Below, in pieces: positions 12,077 to 24,173 of a stretch of 64,000 bases of DNA (positions are counted from its first letter, which is position 1; each line of letters opens with the position of its first letter). The notes beneath the pieces are model-generated. The model was not told the origin of the DNA. It was given only the letters and a program-made list of their open reading frames with translations, and ran no database searches. Both the position numbers and the translations under genes were made by a program. Origin of the DNA: Cyanidioschyzon merolae (lineage: Eukaryota); the NCBI GenBank assembly GCA_000091205.1, contig AP006492.2; one strand, 5' to 3'.

Positions 12077-15049
12077 TTAGGGATATTGATGGACATAGCA
12101 GTTCATCACAGGTTCGCACCAAGGCCATGCGACGCTGTCGTACCAGGCGCGCAGCGGATGCGTGGGCGCTACCGAGCCGACCAGTGTGCGCACCACCGCG
12201 CGCAGGGTGCGTATCTCGGCGACAACGAACGCCGGATCGAGTCTGCCTGCGCAGCGCTCCACAGCAGCGATGTAGTGGTGCACGTGCAGCACGATTTGGC
12301 GCACGCAGCGGAACGAGCGCGCCTTCATGAGGAAGCACCCGTACAGAGAGGCATCGAGGAACTCGTTCAGCGCACGGATGAGCTCATCGACAGAGCTGGT
12401 TCGATTTTCTCGCGGTGATTGCTCGTGCGAGTTCTTCGCGGCGTGTCGAAATGAGTTCCCCAGTTCGTCGAGCGTCTGCTGCCAGCGCATCCACTGGGTT
12501 TCGATGGTAGTCCAGGTCATCGCATAGAGCAGCGCATGGATCGTTTGCTGTAGCAGCGAGCAGTACAGAGGAGAGAGGATTGCGGCGTGCCGTGTTTCGC
12601 CCGTGAACTTGTGGCATACGGTTCTGGCGCGCTGTAGCTGTAATCGAATGCTGCCCAGGCGTCGTAAACAGAGATGTAAGCTGGATAGCTGGCGAAAGAG
12701 CAGCTGGAATTTGGTTATGACTCGGCGGTTGAGAATCACGCTGTACGGCCAATTCGCGTGATAGTCGAGTGACACAGCGTCTATGATGCAAAGCTGAGCA
12801 TCCCGCGTTCGCGTGGGATGCGCGAGGCTCGCAAGTTCAGCGGCCTCGGCAGACGACCACGGTGCTGCGGCACTACTCACCGCAAGGACACGCAGCAGCT
12901 GACTCGATAGCGAATACGGCAAGAAAGATATGGAAAAATGCCCTACGAGCGATTTTGGCTCCGTATTTTGTAACCTGAAGCCAGCGCCGAGGGCACGGTC
13001 GAATGCCGTTCGAACGGATTCAGCGGAAGGCGTGGATGCGAGGACCTCTGCGACGGCTCCCTGTCCGGCTAGGATTTCGCCGGGCACGCCACTGAGAACG
13101 TCATCTAGAAAATCTACTCGACCCAAAAGGAAGCAGTTTTTGAACTGCGTTAAAGTCGCCATGAGGTTTCCATCGAGAATCAGGGCCCTGACCAGAGATT
13201 TCGAGGCAGTCGCGAGCGCATTCGTGATGCGAAGCGTCATGCACTGTAGTGATTGCGGCCCCGTGGTGCCGCTGGCGTCCCGACATGACCCCGCCTCAGG
13301 TGCTACTTGCATGGGAATCGCCACCGGAGGGCGTTCCCCAGGGACGGCCTGCTGCATCACCTCCAAGCTTTGGGAGGCGAATTGATACTTGCCAGCGAGC
13401 AGGATCGGAGTCCCGACTTGTTGCAACATATTCGGCAGGTGCGAGGCTCGGAGGGTGTATCCACTCTCCCAGAAGGCAGCATTGAAGTCATCTGCGAGGC
13501 GCTCTCCAATTTGCGTCGTATCTCGTTGCACGCAGAATTCGTCGAACGGATCCGATAAGACTCCATGATCGAGCCACTGCTCTAGCATTGCCCAAAATGG
13601 CTGGAATGCTGCCCAGAACAGCTCCTCCTTCAGAGCTTTTGGGTCATCAAGCGAAGCTTCCACAGCATTATGAACGCCCCATCGCACTTGCGCTGGATCA
13701 ATGAGGTCATACAACGCGCAGAGTAGTGCCCCGCCGCCTTGTTTGCGAACCCGTTCGGCAAGGCACATCGAGGAAATCGCAAGAACTGCACCCTGAATCG
13801 GTTGAAGCTGGATCCAGAGTCTCTGAATAGTCAGCGGTGGTTCCTGTTTGAGCTGCTCGGGCACTTCGGCGCTTGGGCTCGTTGACCCTGTCCATCCCCA
13901 GTGGTCCAGAAACAGGGCGTCGTATCGGCGGAGGAGTCGCTTGAGCGCCGCTCCCAGCGCTTGGCGCACCATTCCTTGGTTATAAAACGAGCATGTTTCG
14001 GCAAAATCGCGTACAATACAAAGCGCTCCGGCGATATCAAGAATGCTTTGAACGAGCGCATGCGTGGCTGTGGGCAGCGGCACGCCGTATACCACGCGCC
14101 GAAGATGGAAGCGAACGCCACAGGACTGGCCGTGTCCCACCAAGGACACCGTGGCAACTTCCTTGGTACTCGGCGGGTACCCGAGCAAAGCGAACTGGAG
14201 GTCCCGCAGAAGCTGGCGTTCCACTTGCATCCAGCAGGGATTCGCTGAATGGTGCGTATCTGGCTGGAGCACGCTCGCCGGATCAGCGAGTAGCATCCGA
14301 AACGAGCCGTCGACATACGGGCGGTCGATACGCCACGAAGGTTCAAGCGAGATCAGCTGCTGACGGAACCGTCGCCAGCGCTGCCACGTCCGCAACTGTG
14401 GCCCGCGACCTGTTAACGCCAGGAAGCGCCCAAGTTCGGCGTCGTCCTGGGCGGCCGGTGCCTGTCGCCCGCCGCACACAGGCCGAGCATAGCCCTTAGT
14501 ATCAGTTTCGCTGTGCGCAGTCGCTGACTTGCGTGGTATAGTCTGGGACGCAGGAACGGCACCTGCCGGTCTGAGCGACTGCTGCGTCGCGTTCACTTTA
14601 AACCTGACGGTGCTTCGTGCATCTGCAGCACTGCCTGCCAGTTTCTCACCGCGAATCTCGTTACCTGAACGAAGTACTTTTTGGATTTTAAAGCACAGTT
14701 CATCAGAGACTAGGGGCAACGCCGCTGTTGACTGCCTCGTCTCCGCGCACGTCATACCCGTCGGCAAGAGCGTCACCTTTGAGGTGCGATAGCGAAAGCG
14801 TTCGGGCGGGTGAATATGAGTTTGCTTGCTTGGCTGCCTGTCTGGCTTGCCTGCGCGCGGAAACTCATCGGCGGCAATGCGATCCCCTGGGAATTTGAAT
14901 CGAATCGAGTCCTCCAAGCGGGCGTCCGCTTTGGGCATGTATTCTACGGTGGCCCCGTACCCGTATTGCCGACAGATAGGTAGAGGTCCGGTAACTCGGA
15001 CGTAAATACGCGAGTTTGGGTCGCTTCCCGTGATCCTCGACCCTAGCAT
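12077..15049 (-). CDS. Gamma-tubulin complex component (GCP/Spc97-Spc98 family).
   Basis: 990-aa ORF. It contains the GCP N-terminal signature EELFWAAFQPFWAMLEQWLDHGVLSDPFDEFCV and a C-terminal GRIP2-like region. This family assignment comes from memory of family motifs. Confidence 0.65.
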   Translation of the reverse strand: MLGSRITGSDPNSRIYVRVTGPLPICRQYGYGATVEYMPKADARLEDSIRFKFPGDRIAADEFPRAGKPDRQPSKQTHIHPPERFRYRTSKVTLLPTGMTCAETRQSTAALPLVSDELCFKIQKVLRSGNEIRGEKLAGSAADARSTVRFKVNATQQSLRPAGAVPASQTIPRKSATAHSETDTKGYARPVCGGRQAPAAQDDAELGRFLALTGRGPQLRTWQRWRRFRQQLISLEPSWRIDRPYVDGSFRMLLADPASVLQPDTHHSANPCWMQVERQLLRDLQFALLGYPPSTKEVATVSLVGHGQSCGVRFHLRRVVYGVPLPTATHALVQSILDIAGALCIVRDFAETCSFYNQGMVRQALGAALKRLLRRYDALFLDHWGWTGSTSPSAEVPEQLKQEPPLTIQRLWIQLQPIQGAVLAISSMCLAERVRKQGGGALLCALYDLIDPAQVRWGVHNAVEASLDDPKALKEELFWAAFQPFWAMLEQWLDHGVLSDPFDEFCVQRDTTQIGERLADDFNAAFWESGYTLRASHLPNMLQQVGTPILLAGKYQFASQSLEVMQQAVPGERPPVAIPMQVAPEAGSCRDASGTTGPQSLQCMTLRITNALATASKSLVRALILDGNLMATLTQFKNCFLLGRVDFLDDVLSGVPGEILAGQGAVAEVLASTPSAESVRTAFDRALGAGFRLQNTEPKSLVGHFSISFLPYSLSSQLLRVLAVSSAAAPWSSAEAAELASLAHPTRTRDAQLCIIDAVSLDYHANWPYSVILNRRVITKFQLLFRQLSSLHLCLRRLGSIRLQLQRARTVCHKFTGETRHAAILSPLYCSLLQQTIHALLYAMTWTTIETQWMRWQQTLDELGNSFRHAAKNSHEQSPRENRTSSVDELIRALNEFLDASLYGCFLMKARSFRCVRQIVLHVHHYIAAVERCAGRLDPAFVVAEIRTLRAVVRTLVGSVAPTHPLRAWYDSVAWPWCEPVMNCYVHQYP

Positions 15050-15999
15050 TTGTGGGCCCCTTTCGCCACTGCTTATCTTCTATCATGTCCCAGGTTTGAA
15101 ATGCGCCAGTCTAAATTTTTTTGGTACCAGCCCCGTTACTATCCGCGGAAGGATACGAAAAGCAGCGCTATGGTCTGGATTTCGCTGCTTCTGGCTGTTG
15201 GCGACGCACTTCGTGCTCAGGCTAAAGTCGCAATCGGTGCTGCGCTTGCCATTTTTTTCATCTTTGGTGTGCACAACCGCATGGTGCAATTCGCAGCAAT
15301 GGCCTGGCTACAATCAGGTGCTTCATGATGTCCACGATACAGCTTCGTCCTCAGCGGGCTACACTGTGGCGCTTGATCGCTCGGTAGATGCGCTTCACGA
15401 CTACAGAAGGCTCGCTTTGATGCCCTCGTCTGCTTACGCACTCGGCGCCGTATCCTACGACCACGGGGATCTTCCAGGCGATCCACTGTGTGCGTACGCT
15501 GTTCAGTGCAGGTGCGAGTGCGCGCTGTTCCCTTCGATGGATGATTCGTGGAATGCGAGGTTGTTCATGATGCAACAAGTACAGAAAGCATATTCCAAGC
15601 CAGACATCTACTCGAGAGATTTCGGTCCGTCTATGCTCCCTGTGTGCATCATGTGACGGACTCTACCCTGGAAGGAATCGTTACGATTGCTAAAGTCCGA
15701 GCCCCAGACCCCTTTTTTTTACAGGAAGAAGAAATGGAAGCTTCTGGGGCCGTATCCTGTCAGAGGTGTCATGCAGCTGTGGAATGCCATTTCGTCAATA
15801 ACCATAAAGAGAGGACGGTTTATGTTTCGAACCGAATCGATTGTTTGACATGACAAATTTAATAAGCGTTCGGCATGAGCATGTGCACGAATCATCATCA
15901 CTATGGGACGACATATCGATTTCTGATCTCCTCGTCAATCCAGCGGTGCGTTTTTCTGTGCAACGAGTTGCCCCGAAACAGAAAGATCTGAATGTGGGA

Positions 16000-16500
16000 G
16001 AATGCGTGATTTGAGCTTGATGGAGAAAACGAAAAAGGATTGGATGCTAGTACGTATGGATATGATCATTGTATCGGTTATTTTTTACGGATTCTTGTTC
16101 GATCGCGTCTCGAATCATCTTGATGACAGTGAGCGAACGATTCTCCTCGGCCAAGTGACGACGGAGCCATTCCGCACTGACGACTGTGAATCCTAGAACG
16201 ATGCATAAATCCACAAACCCATATTGCCGAATTTAGCATGTCGAGGCGCTACGTCGATAAAAAGTTCGGGAAAAGAATCCAAAAGCAGGATCAGGGCGAA
16301 CACTTCAGTGTTCGATTTTTGGTCTGACACTGATGTAGGCCGGCCGCATCGCGCTTGAAAGCGAGCATGCGATGCTCCGCAGACATATGCAGCGTGACTT
16401 GGAGCTTGCAAAGCTGCGACCTGCAGGTAGCAGTGACTGGCCACATACCGCCTATGTACCACTGTGCGGTCGATGCATCTAATCTGAATCCTTCCGACGC
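16000..16500 (+). pseudogene. Fanzor/TnpB-like relic (degenerate C-terminal half).
   Basis: ORF 16002..16196 ends ...RVSNHLDDSERTILLGQVTTEPFRTDDCES, which matches ...[29 protein letters not shown] of the intact copy. Positions 16230-16300 encode MSRRYVDKKFGKRIQKQDQGEHFSV, which matches ...[28 protein letters not shown] lower-GC patch in a GC-rich context. Confidence 0.4.
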
Positions 16501-16968
16501 GCGACATCCCAACGTCCATACAGGGCGTGCGGTGTGTCGAGCCCACAGCGCATGCACGTCACCCAGCGTAGCGCAATACACACGGCACACGATTGGTCTC
16601 GTCGATACCAGAGAGTCGTCAACAACTGATGTCAATTTCGCTCACCAGGCTCCTCTGAGTCGCTTGGTCAAAGCGACCTACCTCCACATCCAACCAGACA
16701 CTACCGCTCGTCTGACCAAGAGCAGATGAACACAACGCCAGGGTTGTGACGCGTGAGGCTCCACAACCACCATACCGATACGCCATCCCTTTCCTCAACG
16801 CTTCTATGCTTGCGTTTTGCTGTACTACAGTTGGAGGTACCGAATCTTGATCTCGCGCGTATCAACACCTAGCAGGGTGCCCAGTGCGCAACGCGAGGGT
16901 GTTCGCGAGGCGACCCACCAGGATATCACGTCTCGCAGCGTCATCGTGGTCGTCGCTCTGCACGGCGC

Positions 16969-18141
16969 TCACGGACACTTGCATTGGTCGGCCGCACAAG
17001 ACTCAGTGCAACTCGTCTGATCGCTTGCACTGAAAACGCTTCGCGTCGCATGACGATGTGTAGCTTCCTTTCCAGTGCCTCGACGAAGGTGTTCCAGCAA
17101 GATACATGCCTTGCAGATTACTTGACTGCTCACATAGCCACAACGCGCGCATTGTTTCACAGCGGTTACAGTACCTACAGCAGAAACACCATCCGCATGT
17201 CTGCTGAGCGCCTGAGCCGCTGTCAGCGTGTCTATGATTGCCCGTGGGCGAAGCGCTTCGAGTTCCTTCACAAGGTCGCGTGCGAACGCCCGGAATGCGT
17301 TTGGAGCGTAAACACACTCCGTGGCGAAGTAGTCCAGCCGTTTCCAATACGCATACATAACAATCTCCTTCTCATACATATACAGGAGTGGCTTCACCCG
17401 GGGCAGCCAGTGCACCGTCTCGTCGGGCGACGTGCCGCCGTTCGCTAGCGCACCCGTCATGACGTCCGCGCTGTGGCGCAAACGCGCTGAATCGCCTCGA
17501 ACGAGGTTCAGAAATACCGTCTCCGCCATATCGTCCGCGTTGTGGCCGGTTGCGAGTTTGTTCGCTCGAATGTGTCGCGCTCCGCGTTCCAGCGCCTGAC
17601 GACGGAAAACGCCGCAAAACGTGCAGTTGTTCGTTCGACCTATCTGCGAAACAACACGGTCCATGGTCCAACCATCGTACAGCTCGTCGTAGGAAAGTGA
17701 TACGAGGGGAAGTCCCAAGGCTGAACTGTTACGTTTCACAGCTGCGAGAGAAGCGTCACGATACCCGTGAATACCCTCATCGATGGCGAGCAGCACGAGC
17801 TCTAGACCGTACTGGTGACGCTCGTTGAGCTCTTTTAAGACATGCGCAAGTACGACTGAGTCCTTCCCTCCAGAGATAGCGATCGCAATACGTTCACCAA
17901 CCTGAAAGAGATCGTGGTGCACAATGGTCTCGTGTACCTCTCGTTCGAACTCCGCGAAGAAGCACGCCTTGCACAAACGGTGACGGTCTCGCAGCCGCTG
18001 GATTTGAGCCTTGCCACCCCGACAGCGATCACAAACCATGCACTTTCTCTTCTGGTTAGCACATGAGATGCGCACTGCTTCTACCACGGTGTCTAGTGCA
18101 GTGCAGGAGGACGCTCTGGTAGCAAGTATGAGGTGCAGCAC
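16969..18141 (-). CDS. CTU1: Cytoplasmic tRNA 2-thiolation protein 1 (CTU1/NCS6).
   Basis: PP-loop motif ISGGKDS. N-terminal CDRC..C zinc-finger-like cysteines. [17 protein letters not shown] and [22 protein letters not shown] are conserved in the Ncs6/CTU1 family. Confidence 0.9.
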   Translation of the reverse strand: MLHLILATRASSCTALDTVVEAVRISCANQKRKCMVCDRCRGGKAQIQRLRDRHRLCKACFFAEFEREVHETIVHHDLFQVGERIAIAISGGKDSVVLAHVLKELNERHQYGLELVLLAIDEGIHGYRDASLAAVKRNSSALGLPLVSLSYDELYDGWTMDRVVSQIGRTNNCTFCGVFRRQALERGARHIRANKLATGHNADDMAETVFLNLVRGDSARLRHSADVMTGALANGGTSPDETVHWLPRVKPLLYMYEKEIVMYAYWKRLDYFATECVYAPNAFRAFARDLVKELEALRPRAIIDTLTAAQALSRHADGVSAVGTVTAVKQCARCGYVSSQVICKACILLEHLRRGTGKEATHRHATRSVFSASDQTSCTESCAADQCKCP

Positions 18142-19124
18142 GCCGAAGTCCGCGGCTACAACGATCGTCGCTCGTGGGATCGCCGAGTTCGTATGCAGAG
18201 ACGTCTGCGAAAAAAGCCCTGCTTGCGAGCGTTTTGGTATGCATTCCTGTATATATGGCTCTAGATACCTCTATATTCCTGTGTTGATGTATTCCAGCAT
18301 GTATGCTTGTATGAATGCCAGCATGACTTTATGACTACCTGTGTGGATGTCGTCCTGTATGTCTTCCTGTTTGCACGCCGGCTTATTGCAAGCCATACCT
18401 CGTCGACGTCGATGCCCATAAAGTCTTTCTGCTCAGTTTTGTTCCACCTCGCAGAGAGTAATCGAACGATTGTTCGAAGTGTATAGCTGGAACTCGAAAT
18501 CACCATGCCAAGTACTTTATAGATCGGAGAAGCATTGCCTGCAGGATGCGTTCTTTACTGAACAGTGCAAGAAGGACTGCATTCCTCCTTCAGGTCAGTC
18601 GTACAACAGTGCTCAGATGCCTGAGGAACAATCAAAGAAACAAGGAGATGCATTCCGCGTAAAAAACCGATATTTTTCAACACTGCTTGCGGTCAGTGGT
18701 AGAAACCGACCCATCGATCGCCTTATGGAAAGCAAAAAAGACGATTGGAGTCGCCACGGGTGTCGCTGTTTCCCAACAGCTTGTTCGTGTGGTCTTGAAA
18801 TCTCTGGGATACAGTCGCTTCGGAAAATTCGGTAGGCGCGTGTATGGGTACTTGCGGAGAAGGGCGCCCATTGTATGTAAAATCGAACTCGGAGCGAACG
18901 ACGACATCATCCTCTGTCCAAGCTCGAGGGGATTCATTTGACGGCCGCAGTCTCGCTCCTGGAGAGGGCACACACAAGAGCGTCAAGCACTTCGTCGAAC
19001 CATTGAAGACTATTCCCTGACTTTTGGGGACTTTCTTCCACTAGACAACCCGGTATTTCACCGTTCTGCTTGCGTTCGGGCTTTTGCCGATTGTATACGG
19101 GTACAGCTGCTTTTCATTCCGACG

Positions 19125-19650
19125 TGCACCCAGCGGTTCAACCCTTTCGAAGGAGTGTTTTCGATCGTGGTACGATAATGATCGTTCCACTGGGCGAATG
19201 ACTGAAGCGTCCAGCACATGGTGACACCAGGAGCACATGACGGCTTCTCCCCGCAAGTCCGTCTCATTCCGCGAAGGTCCTCACCTAAAGGATAAACAAG
19301 CACATTCATTTCCAAGCGATAAAAAATCCACGTGATGAACTCGGATGCACTCTTCAGAAGATCGACATGGAAAAGTGCCAGCGGAGCGCTTGGGTGATAG
19401 AAAAGTTCGGCAAGCTGACAGCGCAGCAAATGGCGCAGAGGGCACGGGATCCAGTACTCCCTGCACTGGAGCGTTCAAAGAGCGTCAAGAAACGCACAGA
19501 GCTCTTGAACCGGCACCTTCACGCCGCCATCCATATCAGAGGATATGCGGTGCGAGAGACGAGACACGAGCCGCTGACGCTGCCCGATTCTGTTCTGGGG
19601 CAGCGTCCCAGACTCGACGTGAGCCTGGATCAAAACCGAAACCGATAGGA
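19125..19650 (+). pseudogene. Fanzor/TnpB-like relic (C-terminal fragment) just upstream of the mtRNAP gene.
   Basis: ORF 19367..19648 reads MEKCQRSAWVIEKFGKLTAQQMAQRARDP...NRHLHAAIHIRGYAV, against the intact copy's [28 protein letters not shown]...[15 protein letters not shown]. About 70-75% nucleotide similarity to 100-640. Confidence 0.55.
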
Positions 19651-19908
19651 GTCGGCTGGTCCAACGACGCTGGGAGGCATCTGCGCGTTTTCAGACATCT
19701 ATCCAGCCTGAACAGTTGTGGAGCGTTTTTCGTTTTACGAATCGTGCACGCATCCGGAGCGTGTGCGCTGGGCAACAACGAGACTCGCGAGAGCACATAC
19801 GTCACTGGCGTTGTCGGGCTTTCGTCTCACTGGTATCGTCGGTGCTTGTGTCGCGAATTGAGTAATTTGAAGTTGGGGCTACATATCACAGCACACGACT
19901 GGCCATGA

Positions 19909-22900
19909 GTGGCTATGAGTGAACGCCTGCGGCTCTTGGGACGGCGAGTCACGCTTATGGATGTTCTTGTACAGTTCACGTCACGAGGAAGAGTACCACC
20001 AGCTGCGATTAACACTGTACGTAGAAAAGTGGCGCATCTGGGAACTTTGGCTTTAGAGTACATTGGAGATCAGGTAGCTCGAACAAAGCGCTGGTTGCGA
20101 TTGTCGGAGTCGCTTCGTGATCCAGCGCAGCCGTCCTGCGCCGGATCACGGGTGTGGCCCTCACAGGGCTCCACAAGTACTACGGAAACGATATATGCTG
20201 AGCACGCACGCTTACGGCTGATTCAGGACTCAAAGTTCGCAGCATCCGGAACCACAGCGAACCGAGGCACGGCCCTGACTGGGAGCCGGCTTGCACGACT
20301 TGAGCGTACACCGACGTCGCAGGTGCGAGTGGCTTCAACGTACGTCGCACGAAACCGGCGCAACGCTCAAGTTGGTGGCCGGTGCTCTCCTCTGGCGAGG
20401 CAGGCGGAATCAACTGGTCTGCTTTACCTGAACCCAACGGTTGCGCGGTGTCGCGTTTTATCCGTGGACGGAGGTGCGGCGTCTCTCGTGAGCGAGGCGG
20501 GTTCAGCAGCGGAGGAGACGCTTCCAGGCACTGGCCGCCAAGTCTCTCAAGCTGATGACTCTTCCTGTGATTTGCGTTGTCCGGAAACACCAGCTTGTGC
20601 GGAAGAGGCGCAGCAGCGAGGACCGGGCCGAGAAGCAAAGCATTTGGCTTCGCCGACCTCCGCTGCACCTCTCGCTCCACAGGGCGAGCGCCTCTCCTCG
20701 GAAAATGTGCGTGAAGCCTCGGCGTGGTCGCGAGCTCCTGAGCGGATAAGTGAGCCAGCATCGCCAGAACTAGGCCTGCGTGGGCATAACGAGGCGCATG
20801 GCCCCGCTGTATGCTCCCTCGGTGGCAACGCTTCCAAGCGATCGACCCCGTCCAAGCCGATCGCCCAAGAGAGTTTGTTTCCGGTTGCGGACGGTCGTCC
20901 GATGCGTTCGAGTCGAGAGCCGGCGCTCATCAAGACAACCGGGGAGCCGTTATCCACGCAGTCGGCGAAAGAGGTTGCCAACGATGAGAAGCTGGACTGG
21001 GTTGAACTCCAGCAGCGTATTGCCAGCGATAGCGGCCTCTATGGCAACCGCCATGCCCTAGGACTAGAGCGCTATCTGAACGCAGCAGAATTAGCCGAGG
21101 CCACCCGTCTCGGTTTACCAGGCACGATGAGATCCTCTGATGGGTACCTTCATGACGAGATGGACTATTTGCGTGAATTCAATCTGGAGGAACGCGCAGT
21201 AGAAGCGGCCGTTGCCCGTTATCGTTCTTTCACGCAAAGTGCTCTAGAGCGCGGTGACATCAACTCGCTGCAACCTAGCCAGCGATTGCTTCTGAGCTGG
21301 TTCTTTCCCGTGACGATGGCGATCCATCAGGAGCAGGAACGTATTCGACGAGGCGAGCTCTCCTACGACGGTAACGTCTGCGGCCCGCATTTGCTCCGGC
21401 TGAAGCCCGAAGTGCTGGCGGTGATTGCACTTCACGAGACGCTGGGGAGGGTTCTGCAGGATCGTGCTGGCGTCGCCTTTATCCGAGTTGCATCTGCTGT
21501 TGGCCGCTCGGTTCAAGCGGAAATCAACTTACAGCGATTGCGGGAGCTTCACTCTGAACAGCGGCATCGTCAGCTTCCACAAGACCGGGCGCTGCGACGC
21601 ACGCTTGCGCTAGCCTCAACGGGAAGTGGTGGCTCACGCGCTGTCGCTGCCATCAACCTCGCTGCGAAGCGCATGGAGCTGGACACCGCCACTTGGGATG
21701 ATTCCGTCACGATCAAAGTTGGCTCGGTGCTCATATCATTCGTCATGAAGCACGCGCTCATTCATATCGACACGCCAACAGGGAAGCAGGCAGTCCAAGC
21801 GTTTCGGCACGGTTACCGCCCGCTGCAACGAGAGCCACGCAAGGTTGGCGTGATTGAGTTGCACAAGTCCGTGTTGAACTTGCTCCTCGCCAACGAGAGC
21901 GACTTGCGAGAGACGATTCTACCACGTTTCCAGCCGATGCTTGTGCCCCCGCGACCTTGGACCGCATACAACAGTGGCGGATATTTGCGCCCTCGTGGCC
22001 TCGTGATGCGTGTACGAGGTTCCAGACTCCAGCTGGAGGCCTTGAAGAAAGGCGATCTGTCCGAGGTCTTCGCCGGCCTGAACGCACTTGGTGCAACTCC
22101 GTGGCGGATAAATCGCCCGGTCCTGGACGTCGTCGAGAAACTGTGGCGCGCTGGCGGTGATATTGCAGGTCTTGTCGCTCGTGCAGACCTGCAGCTGCCG
22201 GCGCTTGCGGAGTCCGTCGTGGACCCTGCTCCAGATGGCAAGGAGTCTGCCGCTTCGACAGAATCACTTTCGCGGGAACAACGGCGAGCCATTTGGCGAA
22301 TACGGAAGACAAACCGCGAGCGGCACGCGCTTCGTTGTGAGCTGCACTATCGCCTAGAGACTGCCCGAGAGTTCGCCGACGTTTCCCGCTTCTACTTGCC
22401 GCATAATCTTGATTTTCGTGGGCGCGCGTACCCGATGCCGTCCCATCTACACCACATGAGTAGCGACGTATGCCGCGGTCTCTTGACGTTTGCTGGACCC
22501 GGTCTCCGGGTTGGTGAGCGGGGACTTTTTTGGATGAAGGTGCACCTGGCAAACCTCTGTGGTATGGACAAGTTGCCTTTCGACGAGCGGGTCGCTTTCG
22601 CCGAATCCGTCATGCCCAAGGTACTGGCGGTTGCCGCTGCGCCGACTGCGGATTCCAACCTAGAATGGTGGGCGCAACAAGAAGATCCGTTTCAGCTGCT
22701 GGCGGCATGTTTTGAGCTTGCAGCTGCAAAGGGCGGGCTGGACCCCGACTATCACAGCACGTTGCCGATTCAGCAGGATGGCTCTTGTAATGGCCTACAA
22801 CACTATGCTGCATTGGGACGCGACGAGCGCGGCGGCTATCAGGTGAATCTGCTGCCCAGCGAGCGCCCACAGGATGTCTATTCTGGAGTCGCTGAGCTCG

Positions 22901-23673
22901 TACGTGAGCGGGTGGCGCATGACGCACGCGAAGGCGTCCCGATCGCTCAACTGCTTCAGGGAAGAATCAGCCGCAAAATCGTGAAACAAACCGTGATGAC
23001 CTCTGTTTACGGAGTAACGCTCATTGGAGCACGCGAGCAGATCCAGAATCGTCTCCGAGAGCTACCGGATTTCCCGGAGGAGAAAACCTGGGAGGCCAGC
23101 TTCTACCTGGCTAAGCAAACGCTTGGCTCTCTGGGCGATATCTTTCGCGGCGCGACGGATACCATGGAATGGCTCGCGGAGTGTGCGCTCCGTGTGGCGA
23201 CCTCTAAGGAGCGAACCAACGCTGTCCGTTGGATAACGCCACTCGGGCTGCCGGTCATCCAGCCTTACCGAAGACGGGAAGCGCGTCTCGTGAACACTGT
23301 TGTCCAGCACGTGCTGCTCGAGGCGCAGAATGACCACTTACCGGTGAGTCGCGCTCGACAGCGAAGCGCGTTCCCTCCGAATTATATCCACTCACTGGAC
23401 TCGACGCACATGCTGATGACGGCGCTGGCCTGCCGACGCGCTGGTCTGCAGTTTGCGGCAGTGCACGATTCGTTTTGGACACATGCAGCCACGGTCGATG
23501 AGATGAACCGCCTGCTTCGCGAATGCTTCGTTAGGCTTCATGCCCGCGATCTTCTGCAGGAGCTTCGCGAACAATTTCAGCTTCGTTTTCCGGACGTTGA
23601 ACTCCCACCGGTACCTCCGAAGGGTACACTGGACCTGAACCAGGTCCTGCTGTCGCCATACTTTTTCGATTAA
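19909..23673 (+). CDS. RPOT: Phage-type (T7-like) single-subunit DNA-directed RNA polymerase, mitochondrial.
   Basis: 1254-aa ORF. It has T7-RNAP-family motifs: LPIQQDGSCNGLQHYAALGRD (motif A region), VMTSVYGVT, HDSFWTHA (motif C). There is a long N-terminal extension. Confidence 0.9.
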   Translation: MAMSERLRLLGRRVTLMDVLVQFTSRGRVPPAAINTVRRKVAHLGTLALEYIGDQVARTKRWLRLSESLRDPAQPSCAGSRVWPSQGSTSTTETIYAEHARLRLIQDSKFAASGTTANRGTALTGSRLARLERTPTSQVRVASTYVARNRRNAQVGGRCSPLARQAESTGLLYLNPTVARCRVLSVDGGAASLVSEAGSAAEETLPGTGRQVSQADDSSCDLRCPETPACAEEAQQRGPGREAKHLASPTSAAPLAPQGERLSSENVREASAWSRAPERISEPASPELGLRGHNEAHGPAVCSLGGNASKRSTPSKPIAQESLFPVADGRPMRSSREPALIKTTGEPLSTQSAKEVANDEKLDWVELQQRIASDSGLYGNRHALGLERYLNAAELAEATRLGLPGTMRSSDGYLHDEMDYLREFNLEERAVEAAVARYRSFTQSALERGDINSLQPSQRLLLSWFFPVTMAIHQEQERIRRGELSYDGNVCGPHLLRLKPEVLAVIALHETLGRVLQDRAGVAFIRVASAVGRSVQAEINLQRLRELHSEQRHRQLPQDRALRRTLALASTGSGGSRAVAAINLAAKRMELDTATWDDSVTIKVGSVLISFVMKHALIHIDTPTGKQAVQAFRHGYRPLQREPRKVGVIELHKSVLNLLLANESDLRETILPRFQPMLVPPRPWTAYNSGGYLRPRGLVMRVRGSRLQLEALKKGDLSEVFAGLNALGATPWRINRPVLDVVEKLWRAGGDIAGLVARADLQLPALAESVVDPAPDGKESAASTESLSREQRRAIWRIRKTNRERHALRCELHYRLETAREFADVSRFYLPHNLDFRGRAYPMPSHLHHMSSDVCRGLLTFAGPGLRVGERGLFWMKVHLANLCGMDKLPFDERVAFAESVMPKVLAVAAAPTADSNLEWWAQQEDPFQLLAACFELAAAKGGLDPDYHSTLPIQQDGSCNGLQHYAALGRDERGGYQVNLLPSERPQDVYSGVAELVRERVAHDAREGVPIAQLLQGRISRKIVKQTVMTSVYGVTLIGAREQIQNRLRELPDFPEEKTWEASFYLAKQTLGSLGDIFRGATDTMEWLAECALRVATSKERTNAVRWITPLGLPVIQPYRRREARLVNTVVQHVLLEAQNDHLPVSRARQRSAFPPNYIHSLDSTHMLMTALACRRAGLQFAAVHDSFWTHAATVDEMNRLLRECFVRLHARDLLQELREQFQLRFPDVELPPVPPKGTLDLNQVLLSPYFFD

Positions 23674-24173
23674 TCCGGGAGCTAGGAACTGTAAATGCAA
23701 TGTTCACGATAGCATTGAACATGCGTCTGCATGCGACGGGCTCTGAAACGACCTGAGAAGACTCCGCCGCCAACGCCAACGCCAACGCCAACAACAACAC
23801 AGTCCGCAATACGCATCCGATCCGAAGGATGCACGCAGCGACTGGTGATGCACGGATGCCTACGCCCGCATGGACACGCATCGGTACCGTGTGCTGTTGG
23901 CGTGACACCTTGTCACGTCACAGGGTCACTGGAGTGCATCATAAAGTCTGTCGGGTGATCCATCTGCCTATTTTGGAAAACAGTAGTCGTGGGACGGTTC
24001 GCGATCCCGGAACGCCTTCTACGAGGCCCGCATGGACATTACGCGGGGCTAGGACTGCACTAGTTTTGTTTCTGCGAGGGGCAGCTGTTGCAGACACTGT
24101 CCGCGTGTCGGAGGCGATATAGACACCAGACTCATTTAGAACCAGCATTTCGGTATGCAGCGAAGCGTTTGCG